DNA of 64,000 bases, from the NCBI GenBank assembly GCA_963665615.2, contig CAXXQE010000007.1, positions 248,001 to 312,000 of the forward strand, in the 5' to 3' direction. Source of the stretch: Syntrophales bacterium (lineage in GTDB: Bacteria > Desulfobacterota > Syntrophia > Syntrophales > UBA4778). This document shows, in pieces, positions 9,021 through 19,958 of the stretch (position 1 is the stretch's first letter; the number at the start of each line of letters is the position of its first letter). Under the pieces are notes generated by a model. The model was not told the origin of the DNA. It ran no database searches and saw only the letters and a list, made by a program, of their open reading frames with translations. The position numbers and the translations under genes were made by a program.

Positions 9021-9602
9021 TCACGATTTGACGTACAGGTATTTTTTGAATCGTTGGAGTTTCTTTTCACCAATGCCGCGGACCTGGATGAGATCTTCGA
9101 CCTGGCGGAACCCGTTCAATTCCCGGCGTTTATCGAGAATCGCCGTGGCCGTTTTTTCACCGATCCCCGGCACCATCGTCAGTTCCTTCAAACCGACGGC
9201 GTTGACATCCATCGGCATACCGAGCACCCGCCGTTGGGCGTTGCCCATCGCTTCGCGGGCAATGGACGGCACAGGCCGGGCATCGTCCATTGCCGAAATT
9301 GATATAACGTCGCCGGGCTGTAACAAGCGGTTGAGCATCGCTTCTGACAGCTTCGTTACATCCACTTGAGGCAGCTGTACCAGCAGTGCTCTGAGGGGCG
9401 TCTTCGCCGGAACGAAATACACGCCTTCTATAATGGCAGGCCCTCTCAGTTGGACGGCGCAGTATCCACCCTTCTGTTCGGACATAAGTGGCAGCGAAAC
9501 AGCGCGGCCGTCGCTCCAGACAGCCCTTGAAAGATAGAGGACATTCAAAAGCAGGACAACCAAGACGGTGCCGATAATCTGCCGCTCCATCGTCGTCTGC
9601 AT
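9021..9602 (-). CDS. comEA: ComEA-like DNA-binding protein (helix-hairpin-helix)
   Basis: N-terminal TM segment, SLBB-like region, DVNA....L..VPGIGEKTA.AI...R...GF..VEDL..VRGIGEK. Confidence 0.8.
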   Translation of the reverse strand: MQTTMERQIIGTVLVVLLLNVLYLSRAVWSDGRAVSLPLMSEQKGGYCAVQLRGPAIIEGVYFVPAKTPLRALLVQLPQVDVTKLSEAMLNRLLQPGDVISISAMDDARPVPSIAREAMGNAQRRVLGMPMDVNAVGLKELTMVPGIGEKTATAILDKRRELNGFRQVEDLIQVRGIGEKKLQRFKKYLYVKS

Positions 9603-9695
9603 GTTTCCTCCAGCCAGCCTTAACCATTAAGGCTTCAACGGATGAACAGGTTCATGTCCTTTTAACGATTTAATCGCTAGAGCAATCGCTTGACA

Positions 9696-10925
9696 CTAGA
9701 CCTTTTCGACTTCGCGACTCAAACCGAACGCATCGTGAAGAACCCGCACGGCCAATTCCGTGTACTTCGCCTCGACCACGCAGGAGATCTTGATCTCAGA
9801 GGTGCTGATCATCAGGATGTTGATCCCCTCCTTGGCGAGTGTGGAAAACATCTTCGCTGCCACCCCGGAGTGGCTCCGCATCCCGACCCCGATAATCGAG
9901 ATCTTGGCGATATTCTCATCGAACTGCATGCCCTGCCCGCCTGTTTCCGCCATCACCTTGCTCAGGATTTCCTTGACCGTGGACAGCTCTTTCTTGGCCA
10001 CGGTAAAGGTCATATCGGTAAAGCCGTCGATGCTGGCGTTCTGAATAATCATATCGACCATGATATTCCGGTCGGACAGAGGGGTGAAGAGTTTGGCGGC
10101 GAAACCCGGTTTATCCGGAACACGGTTAATCGTCACCTTCGCCTGATTCTTGTCATAGGACACCCCCGATACGACCTCTCGCTCCATTTCTTCATCCTCC
10201 TTTGTTACCAGTGTTCCTGAGTCATCGCTGAACGATGATTTTACGTAAACGGCTACCCCGTATTTCTTTGCCAGTTCCACTGACCTCGGATGCAGAACCT
10301 TTGCACCTGCACTGGCCATTTCCAGCATCTCCTCGTAGGAGACCTTGTCGAGCTTCCGCGCCTTGTCGTAGACATTCGGATCGGTCGTATAGACGCCGTC
10401 CACGTCCGTATAAATATCACAGACCTCGGCGTTCAGAGCGGCTGCGAGTGCAACGGCGCTCGTATCGGAGCCGCCCCGTCCCAGCGTCGTGATATTGCCT
10501 GCCTTATCGACACCTTGAAAGCCGGCCACGACCACGATGTATCCCTGATGGAGGGCATCCTGAATCAGAGTCGCCTCGATCTTGTGGATCCGCGCATTGG
10601 CGTGCGCGTCGTCGGTAACGATCCGGACCTGATGACCGAGGAAGGACTTGGCCTTGTAGCCCATATCCTCAAGAACCATCGCCAAAAGCGCGATCGTCAC
10701 CTGCTCTCCCGTGGAAACCAGTACATCGTACTCCCTCTGGTTGATCCGGGTAGAGGCACTGCTGGCCAAGGCCACGAGTTTATCCGTTTCACCCGCCATC
10801 GCCGACAGGACAACCACCACATCCCGTCCGGCCTTTTTCTCCCGGATGACCTTTCCGGCCACGTTCCTGATTTTTTCGATGTTGGCGACCGATGTGCCGC
10901 CAAATTTCTGGACCACTAGCGACAT
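9696..10925 (-). CDS. lysC: Aspartate kinase
   Basis: [40 protein letters not shown], two ACT domains; start MSLVVQK. Confidence 0.96.
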   Translation of the reverse strand: MSLVVQKFGGTSVANIEKIRNVAGKVIREKKAGRDVVVVLSAMAGETDKLVALASSASTRINQREYDVLVSTGEQVTIALLAMVLEDMGYKAKSFLGHQVRIVTDDAHANARIHKIEATLIQDALHQGYIVVVAGFQGVDKAGNITTLGRGGSDTSAVALAAALNAEVCDIYTDVDGVYTTDPNVYDKARKLDKVSYEEMLEMASAGAKVLHPRSVELAKKYGVAVYVKSSFSDDSGTLVTKEDEEMEREVVSGVSYDKNQAKVTINRVPDKPGFAAKLFTPLSDRNIMVDMIIQNASIDGFTDMTFTVAKKELSTVKEILSKVMAETGGQGMQFDENIAKISIIGVGMRSHSGVAAKMFSTLAKEGINILMISTSEIKISCVVEAKYTELAVRVLHDAFGLSREVEKV

Positions 10926-10926
10926 G

Positions 10927-11409
10927 CTACTCAAATCCCCCTTCATGTAGTGCGTTGATGAATCTCTTGCATTTCTCCTGATGACCGGCGATCTCAATAT
11001 CCCGGCAAAGCTCGTTCCTGTAAGTCATCGTGATATATATCGTCGTATCCGGCAAAAGCGACTTGATCTTCTCCGCCCATTCGATCACCATGACGTGATC
11101 GCTGAAGAAATAGTCTTCGTACCCCATCTCCTCCAGGTCGGCGGGGCCGCTCAGACGATAGGTATCCAGGTGAAAGAGTTTGATTCGTCCGCCGGGATAC
11201 TCATTGATTAAAGTGAAGGTAGGGCTGGTCACCTGAAGATCGGGTGAAATGCCCAATCCCCTGGCGATGCCTTGGGTTAGACACGTTTTCCCGGCCCCCA
11301 GTTCCCCCGTCAGGGCGACAATATCCCCCGGCTCAAGCATCTCGCCGATCATCTCACCCATGCGCATGGTTTCTTCCGGGCTTCGCGTCATCATGGTACC
11401 GACTGTCAT
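10927..11409 (-). CDS. tsaE: tRNA t6A biosynthesis ATPase TsaE
   Basis: [32 protein letters not shown]. Confidence 0.95.
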   Translation of the reverse strand: MTVGTMMTRSPEETMRMGEMIGEMLEPGDIVALTGELGAGKTCLTQGIARGLGISPDLQVTSPTFTLINEYPGGRIKLFHLDTYRLSGPADLEEMGYEDYFFSDHVMVIEWAEKIKSLLPDTTIYITMTYRNELCRDIEIAGHQEKCKRFINALHEGGFE

Positions 11410-11481
11410 TCTCCCTTTACGAGCAACCGCCTTAACAAAGTCTATTATCTAATATCGCCTTCCCGTTGTGTCAATGGATCA

Positions 11482-12357
11482 TTATTGCTCCGATTGAGAT
11501 GCCTGCCGCAAGGCATACGCCATATCCGCCACGCTTCTCATTATCCGAACATCGTGTACCCGGACAATATCTGCGCCCTTGAGGATCGACACGGCAACGG
11601 TTGCCGCCGTTCCTCCGATCCGGCCGGCCGACGTTTCCTCCCCGGTGGCCAGACCGATGAAGCCTTTTCTGGACGGGCCGACTAGCACAGGGCGGTTCAG
11701 ATCCTCGAGAGCCTTCAGAGACATCATGATCCGCATATTGTCTTCGGCCTTCTTACCGAAACCGATGCCCGGATCCACCATGATCCTGTCATGAGCAATC
11801 CCCCCTTGAATCGCCGCGGCGATACGATCCCTCAGAAAAGCAACGATCTCCCCCATCAGATCGGGATATTCCAGAAAACCCTGTTGCATCGTCTTGGGCG
11901 TTCCCCGCATGTGCATCAAGATGACGCCTGCTTTGGCGCGCGCTACGACATCCGCCATCCGATCGTCCCCGCGAAGCGCAGTAATGTCGTTGATGATCTC
12001 GGCGCCGAGAGCCAGAGTCGCTTCGGCGACCTCGGCCTTGGTCGTGTCGATGGAAATCGGCACATCGATTTTCGAACCGAGGAGCCGCATCACTGGCGTC
12101 AGCCGCTCCAGTTCGCTCGCGGCTGAAATTCCCTCCGAACCGGGTCTCGTAGACTCGGCGCCGATGTCGAGAAGATCGGCCCCCTCCTCGACCATGCGTT
12201 GGGCATGAGTCACGGCCTCCTCCGGACAGAGATAGCGATCGCCGTCGGAAAACGAATCAGGGGTCACGTTAAGAATGCCCATGATGAGCGGCCGTTTTCC
12301 GAACTCGATTTCGCGACGGGCCGTCCTGAAAATCATGCTGGGTCTCATGGCATCCAC
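11482..12357 (-). CDS. folP: Dihydropteroate synthase
   Basis: MGILNVTPDSFSDG, DIGAESTRPG, DPGIGFGK, GPSRK, VRVHDV. Confidence 0.96.
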   Translation of the reverse strand: MDAMRPSMIFRTARREIEFGKRPLIMGILNVTPDSFSDGDRYLCPEEAVTHAQRMVEEGADLLDIGAESTRPGSEGISAASELERLTPVMRLLGSKIDVPISIDTTKAEVAEATLALGAEIINDITALRGDDRMADVVARAKAGVILMHMRGTPKTMQQGFLEYPDLMGEIVAFLRDRIAAAIQGGIAHDRIMVDPGIGFGKKAEDNMRIMMSLKALEDLNRPVLVGPSRKGFIGLATGEETSAGRIGGTAATVAVSILKGADIVRVHDVRIMRSVADMAYALRQASQSEQ

Positions 12358-12359
12358 CT

Positions 12360-12391
12360 AAAAAAAATGGGTGAAGCGCTTTCACCCATTT
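12360..12391 (-). terminator. Intrinsic terminator after ftsH
   Basis: aaatgggtgaa-gcgct-ttcacccattt with a T run on the minus strand. Confidence 0.75.
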
Positions 12392-12406
12392 CCATATCCC
12401 CATCCG

Positions 12407-14227
12407 CTAGACAGACGGACCGACGTCCATCTGCGGCTCAGATCCCTGCGCGATAATCTCGTCGAGTTCCTCTGCATTGATAACTTCTTTTTCCAGGAGT
12501 TCCTTGGCGATCCGATGCAGGGTTTCCAGATGATCCCGAAGGAGCCGCCTGGCCGTTTCGTAGTTGGCATAAACGATCTTCGACACCTCGGCATCAATCC
12601 TTTTGGCCGTTTCCTCGCTATAGTTCTTATGGGTTGCCAACTCGCGGCCCAGAAAGATCTGCTCATCCTGCTTTCCGTAGCTCAGCGGTCCCATTTCTTC
12701 GCTCATTCCCCACTCGCAGACCATCTTGTGGGCCAGATCCGTCGCTCGTTCGATATCATTGCCCGAGCCAGTCGTGAAATCCTCCATGACGATTTCTTCC
12801 GCGGCGCGACCACCAAGCAGGATGGCGATATTGTTGAGGAGATACTTTTTCGGATAGGTATGCATCTCGTTGATCGGCAGTTGCTGCGTCAGACCGAGCG
12901 CGCGTCCCCTCGGGATGATCGTGATCTTGTGGATCGGATCGGTACCTGGAAGCAGTTTCGCCACCAGGGCATGACCGGACTCGTGATAGGCGGTAACGCG
13001 CTTTTCGTTGTCGCTGATAACCATGCTCTTCCGCTCGGTTCCCATCAGCACCTTGTCCTTAGCGAACTCGAAATCGCCCATGCCGACCTTTTCTTTATCC
13101 GATCGCGCGGCAGTCAGGGCGGCCTCGTTGACGAGATTTTCGATATCGGCCCCAGAAAATCCCGGGGTTCCCCGCGCCAGAATCCCGAAATCCACGCCCT
13201 CATCCAAGGGCACTTTTTTGGCGTGGACATCGAAGATCTTCTCGCGCCCCTTGACATCGGGAAGTGGTACGACGACCTGACGGTCGAAGCGCCCCGGTCG
13301 AAGCAGTGCGGGATCGAGCACGTCGGGGCGGTTCGTCGCTGAAACGAGAATAACCCCCTCGTTTGATTCAAAACCGTCCATCTCCACCAGAAGTTGATTC
13401 AGCGTTTGCTCGCGTTCGTCATGACCGCCGCCGAGTCCGGCGCCGCGATGGCGCCCTACGGCGTCGATTTCATCGATAAAGATAATGCAGGGGGCGCTGC
13501 GCTTCCCCTGATTGAAGAGATCGCGAACCCGTGAAGCGCCGACCCCCACAAACATCTCAACGAAATCGGAGCCGCTGATGGTAAAGAAGGCGACATCGGC
13601 CTCTCCGGCAATTGCCCGTGCCAACAACGTTTTTCCAGTCCCCGGAGGCCCCACGAGCAAAACTCCCTTGGGAATCCGCCCGCCCAGTCTCGTAAACTTC
13701 TTGGGATCGCGCAGAAATTCGACGATCTCCTTCAGTTCAGTCTTCGCCTCGTCAATACCGGCCACATCGTCGAAGGTCACGCGTTTCGTTTTTTCGTTCA
13801 TGAGACGCGCCCGGCTCTTTCCGAAGGCCATCGCCTTGCCACCGCCGGATTGCATTTGGCGCATAAAGAAGATCCACACGCCGATAAGGAGCAGTGTTGG
13901 GAACCAGGAAACCAGAACCGTCATGTACCAGGGCGATTCGTCTGTCGGCTTGGCGGCAATCCGGACACCCTTATCCCGCAGGCGCGATACGAGAGAATCA
14001 TCTTTCGGCGCGAACGTCTTGAAGGTCTTCCCCCCCGTCATGGTTCCCATGATGCTCTCGCCCTGAATGGTCACCTCGGCAACCTGGCCCTTGTCTACCG
14101 CCTCGATAAAATCGCTGTACATCATTTCAACGCGTCCGGCATTCTGTTGATTGAACATGTGGTAAAGCAGAATAAAAATCAGGCTGATGACCAACCAGAG
14201 GGCTATGTTTTTCTGTAATGAACTCAA
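12407..14227 (-). CDS. ftsH: ATP-dependent zinc metalloprotease FtsH
   Basis: Two TM helices, [33 protein letters not shown]. Confidence 0.98.
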   Translation of the reverse strand: MSSLQKNIALWLVISLIFILLYHMFNQQNAGRVEMMYSDFIEAVDKGQVAEVTIQGESIMGTMTGGKTFKTFAPKDDSLVSRLRDKGVRIAAKPTDESPWYMTVLVSWFPTLLLIGVWIFFMRQMQSGGGKAMAFGKSRARLMNEKTKRVTFDDVAGIDEAKTELKEIVEFLRDPKKFTRLGGRIPKGVLLVGPPGTGKTLLARAIAGEADVAFFTISGSDFVEMFVGVGASRVRDLFNQGKRSAPCIIFIDEIDAVGRHRGAGLGGGHDEREQTLNQLLVEMDGFESNEGVILVSATNRPDVLDPALLRPGRFDRQVVVPLPDVKGREKIFDVHAKKVPLDEGVDFGILARGTPGFSGADIENLVNEAALTAARSDKEKVGMGDFEFAKDKVLMGTERKSMVISDNEKRVTAYHESGHALVAKLLPGTDPIHKITIIPRGRALGLTQQLPINEMHTYPKKYLLNNIAILLGGRAAEEIVMEDFTTGSGNDIERATDLAHKMVCEWGMSEEMGPLSYGKQDEQIFLGRELATHKNYSEETAKRIDAEVSKIVYANYETARRLLRDHLETLHRIAKELLEKEVINAEELDEIIAQGSEPQMDVGPSV

Positions 14228-14303
14228 CGCTTCCCGTCTCCTTATGCGATAACGTCTTGATACAATTAATAACTTTTCTTTTTACCCTATTACAGACCCG
14301 ATT

Positions 14304-15704
14304 TCAAATGATTTCTGCTCTGATCGCCCGCCTTGACGCCGCACCGACGCGAACCTTCTCGCTCAAACGGACTCCTGCAATCCAGACGATGTCGTTTTGA
14401 TCTGCGACGAGCGGTATCAGCCTCCGTTGTCCTTTGGGCACCTTCCGATCAATCAGCAGATCGCTGATTTTTTTCGTGCCGCCGTCCCGATACACCTGAA
14501 TCCGGTCGCCTGCCTTGATGTTTCTGACTGTCAACGGAAGCTCGATCCGGTCATAGTCGATCAAAACGATGCCGGCGCGCGGCGGTAGCGCACTTTCCAC
14601 CAGGTCAAACCGGAAACGGAGACCGACCTCTTTGACTGTCACGACCCCAGGTAGGGTAACCTCATAGCTGAAATCGGTCTCCTTAGGCGTCTTCAACTCA
14701 CGGTTCAGCAATTCCAGCCTCCGGGAAACGATGAGCAAATCGTACTGTCGGCGTGCCTGAAGAAAGCCCCCCAGATCCAAGTGATCGCTTGGTCCGCCTA
14801 AACGCACCAGTTTCAGAACATCCAGAACGTGGCGATACTGCACGCCTCTGCCCTCCGGCGCCAGTTTTGCGAGCAGATGCTTCACGATCCTCTTTTGTAT
14901 TGCCGGATGCTGCGCCATTAAACGGGAAATCTCGATACGTCCCTCCTCAGCCCGCTCATCAACGCTATCCCGGAGGACGCCTTCAACCACTCGTGTCATG
15001 AAGTCGTTTTCATCGCGGAGGATATCCGACAGATGGAGCATCCCCTCCCTGATCCGAGGGTTAAAGGCCGTCTCGATCAGAGGGATCAGTTCCCCGCGGA
15101 TCCGATTCCTCAGAAAGACGCTCTCCCGGTTCGAGCTGTCTTCTACGAAGGCCAGCGAATGCGTATGAACGAAGGTCAGAATCTCCTGCCGGGAGACCTC
15201 AAAGAGCGGGCGGATGTAAATGCCATCCCGACAGGGCAGGAATCCCTTCAAGCCCGCCGCGCCGCTTCCGCGCAGAAGGTTGAGCCACATCGTCTCCACC
15301 TGGTCGTCGGCATGGTGACCCAACGCAACCTTATTGAACCCCCGCTGCTTCAGGACATCTTTCAAAAAGCCGTAACGTTCATCCCGGCAAACCTCCTCCA
15401 GGGATCGACCGTTTTTCGGCAGTGAGGCAATATCCAGGACGCGGCAATCGAACGGAATCCCCATCTTGCAGCACAAGTGCTCGACGAACAACTGGTCACG
15501 CATCGCTTCGTCACCGCGCAGACCATGATTCAGGTGGGCCACGGACAGTTCGAGCCCGTAAACCTCCGCCAGAAGCGTCAACACCTTCAACAGGCAAACG
15601 GAATCGGCGCCGCCGGAAACGGCCACGACCACTCTGTCTCCGGGTTGAATCAACCCAAAGCGTTGAATCGTCTGTTTGATTTTATTCAGCACACCGGCAC
15701 TCAA
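14304..15704 (-). CDS. tilS: tRNA(Ile)-lysidine synthase
   Basis: AVSGGADS, HLNHGLRG, GHHADDQVET, IRPL, EDSSN, RNRIR, C-terminal KKISDLLIDRKVP. Confidence 0.96.
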   Translation of the reverse strand: MSAGVLNKIKQTIQRFGLIQPGDRVVVAVSGGADSVCLLKVLTLLAEVYGLELSVAHLNHGLRGDEAMRDQLFVEHLCCKMGIPFDCRVLDIASLPKNGRSLEEVCRDERYGFLKDVLKQRGFNKVALGHHADDQVETMWLNLLRGSGAAGLKGFLPCRDGIYIRPLFEVSRQEILTFVHTHSLAFVEDSSNRESVFLRNRIRGELIPLIETAFNPRIREGMLHLSDILRDENDFMTRVVEGVLRDSVDERAEEGRIEISRLMAQHPAIQKRIVKHLLAKLAPEGRGVQYRHVLDVLKLVRLGGPSDHLDLGGFLQARRQYDLLIVSRRLELLNRELKTPKETDFSYEVTLPGVVTVKEVGLRFRFDLVESALPPRAGIVLIDYDRIELPLTVRNIKAGDRIQVYRDGGTKKISDLLIDRKVPKGQRRLIPLVADQNDIVWIAGVRLSEKVRVGAASRRAIRAEII

Positions 15705-16345
15705 GAAAAATAATTGACGATTTCCTCGATGTTCTCATAGGTAAAATCGGGTCCATGCGCCCGTAACAGGTCCGGGTCCGTCAGCCCAGCCAGATGAGCG
15801 CACGACCGGACCCCTGCTCCCTTTGCCATGATGAGGTCGGTTGTACCGTCTCCAATCATGGCGGCCCTGTCGGCAGAAACACCGTATTTTTCCAGGATTG
15901 ATGTCAAAAGCCGGGGGTCCGGTTTGACATGGCGATGACTGTCGCGACCGAACACCTCGTTGAAATACGATAGAATGCCCAGTTGACGCGCGATCTTCAC
16001 TGTAAAGGCATGGCGCTTGTTGGTCACGATCAGCTTTTTTTTGTCGGCGAAATGTTCAAGAACGTTCACAACACCTGGATAGAGTCGCGTCCGATCCAGC
16101 ATGTGCGTTTCGTAGTATGGACTGAAGATTGCCATCGCCTCCGCATGGCGGTGCATCTGCTCGCCCCCAAGCGACCGTCCAATCAACGTATCTACGCCGT
16201 CACCGATAAAGCCCAGAATCTCCTTTTCAGGGCGTTCTGGCAGGCTCAATGCGCAAAGGGTATGATTAACGGCCGCCACCAGATCCTCACCGGAAGATAC
16301 GAGCGTGCCATCAAAATCGAAGATCAGTATTTCAACCGGTACCAT
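15701..16345 (-). CDS. HAD-superfamily hydrolase (phosphoglycolate phosphatase-like)
   Basis: FDFDGTL, VTNK, KPDP, IGD..TD. Confidence 0.85.
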   Translation of the reverse strand: MVPVEILIFDFDGTLVSSGEDLVAAVNHTLCALSLPERPEKEILGFIGDGVDTLIGRSLGGEQMHRHAEAMAIFSPYYETHMLDRTRLYPGVVNVLEHFADKKKLIVTNKRHAFTVKIARQLGILSYFNEVFGRDSHRHVKPDPRLLTSILEKYGVSADRAAMIGDGTTDLIMAKGAGVRSCAHLAGLTDPDLLRAHGPDFTYENIEEIVNYFS

Positions 16346-16386
16346 GGCGTGTGCTTAACACATAAGCCACAGGGAATAAAGAATTA

Positions 16387-16415
16387 TTGACGCGAGCTGC
16401 ATTGTCTGGTAAAAA
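16387..16415 (+). promoter_or_regulatory. Putative sigma70 promoter for the panG-panB leader
   Basis: TTGACG-17 nt-TAAAAA with TG extended -10, about 10 nt upstream of the pan hairpin. Confidence 0.55.
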
Positions 16416-16425
16416 ATAAGCAAAA

Positions 16426-16455
16426 CCGCTTGGATCCGGACCAGGACTGAGACGG
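16426..16455 (+). ncRNA. pan RNA motif-like hairpin in the panG-panB leader
   Basis: CCG-CUUGG-A-UCC-ggacca-GGA-CUGAG-A-CGG: same architecture and bulged A's as the panC leader hairpin. Confidence 0.8.
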
Positions 16456-16488
16456 GTAGATCGTGCGTATTCCGATATGAATTAAGTC

Positions 16489-16525
16489 AACCCTCCAGCT
16501 CATGGTCCGGAGGGTTTTTATTTTT
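16489..16525 (+). terminator. Leader intrinsic terminator upstream of panG
   Basis: aaccctcc-agctcatggtcc-ggagggtt followed by tttattttt. Confidence 0.75.
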
Positions 16526-16539
16526 CAGGACTATTGCCT

Positions 16540-17424
16540 ATGACAGACGAGACATTCGCCATTGTCGGTGCCGGAAAGGCAGGAACGGCTATTGCCACGG
16601 TGATCAAAGGGGCCGGTCGAAAGATTGTGGCTGTCTCCGATCAAGACGAGCCGAAGGCCCAACGCGCCGCTCAAATCCTTCAATGTGAGACGTTCCATTC
16701 TCAGGCGGACGCGGTCCGCCAGGCCAACAGGATCATTATCGCCACGCCCGATGATGCCATCCAGTCAGTCTGCCGGACGATCGCAGAGGAAGGCGCCCTG
16801 CATGCCGGCATGATTGTCATCCATCTCAGCGGCGCAGGAGGCCTCGATCTTCTTGCAGCGGCGCAGGACTGCGGCGCGGGCATCGCCTGTATCCATCCCG
16901 TTCAAAGCTTTTCGGATATCCTCACGGCGGCGGATCGCATCTCCGGAAGCACTTTCGGGGTCACGACCACGGCGGATTTGCAACCATGGGCCTTCCAACT
17001 CGTACGGGATATCGGGGGAACGCCTTTCGCCGTATCGGAAAAAGATCGTCCGCTTTATCATGCCGCCGCCTGTGTCGCCTCAAATTACCTCGTCACCCTG
17101 ATGCACTTGGCGCAGGAGATGTACATCACGCTCGGCCTGCCCGCCGACGAGGCCCGTCGCGCCTTCTGGCCCCTGGTGCAGGGAACGATTACGAACATGG
17201 AACAAAAGGGCATTCCGGACGCCCTTACAGGGCCGATTGCACGCGGCGACGTGGGAACCATCCACAAGCATCTGGAGACCCTGCGCGACACGATGCCGTC
17301 GGCACTTCCGGCTTACAAACTGTTAGGCGCAATGACGGCCGATCTCGCTCGACAGAAAGGCACACTAACGGAGTCCCTGAACAACGCAATCAAGACCATC
17401 CTTGGAGGTAACTGCCATGAGTAA
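16540..17424 (+). CDS. panG: Rossmann-like plus DUF2520 oxidoreductase, probable PanG-type ketopantoate reductase
   Basis: [46 protein letters not shown]; overlaps panB and lies behind a pan RNA. Confidence 0.75.
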   Translation: MTDETFAIVGAGKAGTAIATVIKGAGRKIVAVSDQDEPKAQRAAQILQCETFHSQADAVRQANRIIIATPDDAIQSVCRTIAEEGALHAGMIVIHLSGAGGLDLLAAAQDCGAGIACIHPVQSFSDILTAADRISGSTFGVTTTADLQPWAFQLVRDIGGTPFAVSEKDRPLYHAAACVASNYLVTLMHLAQEMYITLGLPADEARRAFWPLVQGTITNMEQKGIPDALTGPIARGDVGTIHKHLETLRDTMPSALPAYKLLGAMTADLARQKGTLTESLNNAIKTILGGNCHE

Positions 17425-18232
17425 AGAAGGTCGTGTCAACAAGATCAATACTGCGGTCATCCGCGACATGAAAAAAAAAGGCCAACGCATTACCATGCTC
17501 ACGGCCTACGACTATCCGACAGCCGCCGTGATGGATGAGGCCGGCATCGATATGCTCCTCGTCGGAGATTCGCTCGGGATGGTTGTTCTCGGCTATGAGA
17601 GCACGATCCCGGTTACGATGGACGATATGATCCACCACACGAAGGCCGTCGTCCGCGGCGCGAAGCGCGCCATGGTCATTACGGATATGCCGTTTTTATC
17701 CTATCAATGCTCGGCCGACGAGGCCGTGTTGAATGCCGGGCGTTTATTGAAAGAAGGTGGTGCGCACGGCGTTAAACTGGAAGGCGGCGCGGAGATCGCC
17801 AACCTGGTCCGCCGGATCTGCATGGCTGGCATTCCCGTCCAGGCCCACATCGGACTGACCCCTCAGGCCGTTCACCAGCTTGGCGGATACAAGGTTCAGG
17901 GAAAAGAAGATGCCGCCGCCCGAAAGATCATCGACGATGCCATTGCGCTCCAGGAGGCTGGCGCTTTCTCGATCGTCATCGAATCAGTCCCTGCAAAACT
18001 CGCCGAGGAGATCACGGCAGTTCTGACCATCCCCACGATCGGCATCGGCGCGGGCGTCCACTGCGACGGCCAGGTGCTCGTCATCCACGACGTCCTGGGC
18101 ATGTTTGAACGCTTCACCCCCAAGTTTGCCAAGCGCTATGCAGAGGTCAACAAGATCATGAAAGAGGCGGTCACGCAATACGCGGAAGAAGTCCGGTCGG
18201 GAACCTTCCCGGACAAGGAGCATTCATACTGA
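17417..18232 (+). CDS. panB: 3-methyl-2-oxobutanoate hydroxymethyltransferase
   Basis: [45 protein letters not shown]. Confidence 0.97.
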   Translation: MSKEGRVNKINTAVIRDMKKKGQRITMLTAYDYPTAAVMDEAGIDMLLVGDSLGMVVLGYESTIPVTMDDMIHHTKAVVRGAKRAMVITDMPFLSYQCSADEAVLNAGRLLKEGGAHGVKLEGGAEIANLVRRICMAGIPVQAHIGLTPQAVHQLGGYKVQGKEDAAARKIIDDAIALQEAGAFSIVIESVPAKLAEEITAVLTIPTIGIGAGVHCDGQVLVIHDVLGMFERFTPKFAKRYAEVNKIMKEAVTQYAEEVRSGTFPDKEHSY

Positions 18233-18240
18233 TAATAATT

Positions 18241-18699
18241 ATGAACAAGACAGACGAAGAAATCACCGAAATCATGCTCGGCATGGTCCATGAAAAGGCT
18301 GCCGAGATCTATTCAAAGAAAATCATCTCGCATGGCCTCCACCCGACCAATTACGGCATGATCGACAAGGCCGACGGTCACGGTTCAACGGTCAACGCCT
18401 GCGGCGAGACGATCGATATCTATCTGACCGTCCGCAATAACCGGATCGACAAGGCCACCTTTACCACCGACGGTTGTCTCTTTACGATTGCCAGTTGTTC
18501 CGCCGCTGCCTATCTGGCAACCGGCAAAACGATCGGCGAATGCATCCAGATCAACCAAAGCGCCATCATGGTGTATCTCGAAGGGCTTCCCCTGGACGAG
18601 GCTCACTGCGCCTACGATGCGGCTGTCGCGTTGCATAAGGCCATCCGCAGCTATGCGATGGCGGGAAAACGTTATAATCCCAATAAAGCCTACGTTTGA
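18241..18699 (+). CDS. IscU/NifU N-terminal-like Fe-S scaffold protein
   Basis: YS......HP.NYG and the three scaffold cysteines in NACGE, DGC and AHCA. Confidence 0.8.
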   Translation: MNKTDEEITEIMLGMVHEKAAEIYSKKIISHGLHPTNYGMIDKADGHGSTVNACGETIDIYLTVRNNRIDKATFTTDGCLFTIASCSAAAYLATGKTIGECIQINQSAIMVYLEGLPLDEAHCAYDAAVALHKAIRSYAMAGKRYNPNKAYV

Positions 18700-18724
18700 G
18701 AAGAAATGAGGCCATTGTGCATCG

Positions 18725-19219
18725 ATGAACGAGCGGCGGAAGCGAAAAAGAAACCCGTATTTCCAACACCTCGGGGATCTTCTGGAGTCGGTACTCAAGA
18801 AACAGAAATTGACCATCCCCAAGAAAGACGTCCAGATCATGACGGCTTGGGGGAAGGCAGTGGGGCCGACGATCGCTGCCCAGACCGCGATAGAGCGTTT
18901 CGCGCATGGCACGTTGTACGTCAAGGTTGCCAATTCGGTCTGGATGCAGCAGCTTCAGTTCATGAAGGAAGACATCACAGAGCGGATCAACGGGGTACTC
19001 GGAGCCGAGCGCGTCAAGAACATTCTCTTCTCTATCGGCCACATTCAGCCGGCCGCAAGCAACACCCCTTCGCCCGTTGAAAATGCTGCGCCGTCCATCC
19101 CGCTTACCCAAAAAGAAATCAGAACGATCGACACCTGTACGGCGGGCATCCGGGATCCGGAACTGGGCGAAATCGTGCGGCGGGTCATGACGAAGGATCT
19201 TCAGCGGAAAAAAAATTGA
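18725..19219 (+). CDS. DUF721/DciA family protein
   Basis: W...VG..IA......GTLYVKVANSVWMQQLQF....I..RIN followed by a basic helical tail. Confidence 0.8.
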   Translation: MNERRKRKRNPYFQHLGDLLESVLKKQKLTIPKKDVQIMTAWGKAVGPTIAAQTAIERFAHGTLYVKVANSVWMQQLQFMKEDITERINGVLGAERVKNILFSIGHIQPAASNTPSPVENAAPSIPLTQKEIRTIDTCTAGIRDPELGEIVRRVMTKDLQRKKN

Positions 19220-19958
19220 GTTCGTCGAAGATCCTGAGCATCTCCGATGTATACGTTCCGTCATTCTCGTAGATCGTAAGCGGCGGCAGAACCTGCAACG
19301 CCACACCGCCTCCCTTGCAAGCCTCCACCAGAACGAGTTCCCCGTCCATGTCAGACCTCGAATGAATCAGCCTCATGCGCTTGGGTTCCAGGCCGCGGGT
19401 GCGCAATGCGGCCATGAGATCAATGAGACGCTGGGCTTTGTAAATGAAGTAAAGGCGTCCGAAAGGACGAAGCAGATAGGCGGCAGCCGACACGAAATCC
19501 GCCAGAGTTCCCTTGAGTTCGTGACGGGCAACGGCCTTCTGGGAATCGGGGTTGATGCGCCCCGAGCGAATTTTCCGGTAAGGCGGATTGCAGAGGACAA
19601 CATCGAAGGCGGTCGGCCCGAAACGGCAGCTCACCTCGGCGATATTGCAGGTGATGATTTCAATGAGAGGGTCGAGGCCGTTCATCCGGACGCTGCGTCG
19701 GGCCATCTCTGCCAGATCATCTTGGATTTCGCAACCGACAATTTTGCTGGCGCGTCCTCGCGACGCAAGAATCAGGGGGATCACGCCGCTGCCCGTTCCG
19801 AGATCGGAAACCGTCTCCCCATCGGCGATATCAGCAAAGTGCGTCAACAGCAAGGCATCCAGAGAAAAGCGATACCCCTTCTTCTTCTGAAGGATCTTCA
19901 ATCGGCCCTTCAGAAGATCGTCCACCGTTTCATCTTCTTTTTTAAAAGAGATGGACAA
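19185..19958 (-). CDS. tRNA1(Val) (adenine37-N6)-methyltransferase-like SAM-dependent methyltransferase
   Basis: GYRFSLDALLL, DLGTGSGVI, CNPPY, ARHE. Confidence 0.85.
   Translation of the reverse strand: MSISFKKEDETVDDLLKGRLKILQKKKGYRFSLDALLLTHFADIADGETVSDLGTGSGVIPLILASRGRASKIVGCEIQDDLAEMARRSVRMNGLDPLIEIITCNIAEVSCRFGPTAFDVVLCNPPYRKIRSGRINPDSQKAVARHELKGTLADFVSAAAYLLRPFGRLYFIYKAQRLIDLMAALRTRGLEPKRMRLIHSRSDMDGELVLVEACKGGGVALQVLPPLTIYENDGTYTSEMLRIFDELNFFSAEDPSS

Noticed and set aside
10926..10997. N-terminal extension or lysine riboswitch for lysC
   Set aside because: The region is the tsaE 3' end; lysC starts at 10925, immediately after the tsaE stop
15701..16345. HAD hydrolase as the missing phosphatase of the polyprenyl-phosphoribose pathway
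   Set aside because: It resembles a soluble Gph-like HAD overlapping tilS, 7 kb away; nothing links it to the UbiA gene
18706..19080. 124-aa alternative + strand ORF
   Set aside because: Out-of-frame overlap with the DUF721 gene, which has clear family motifs
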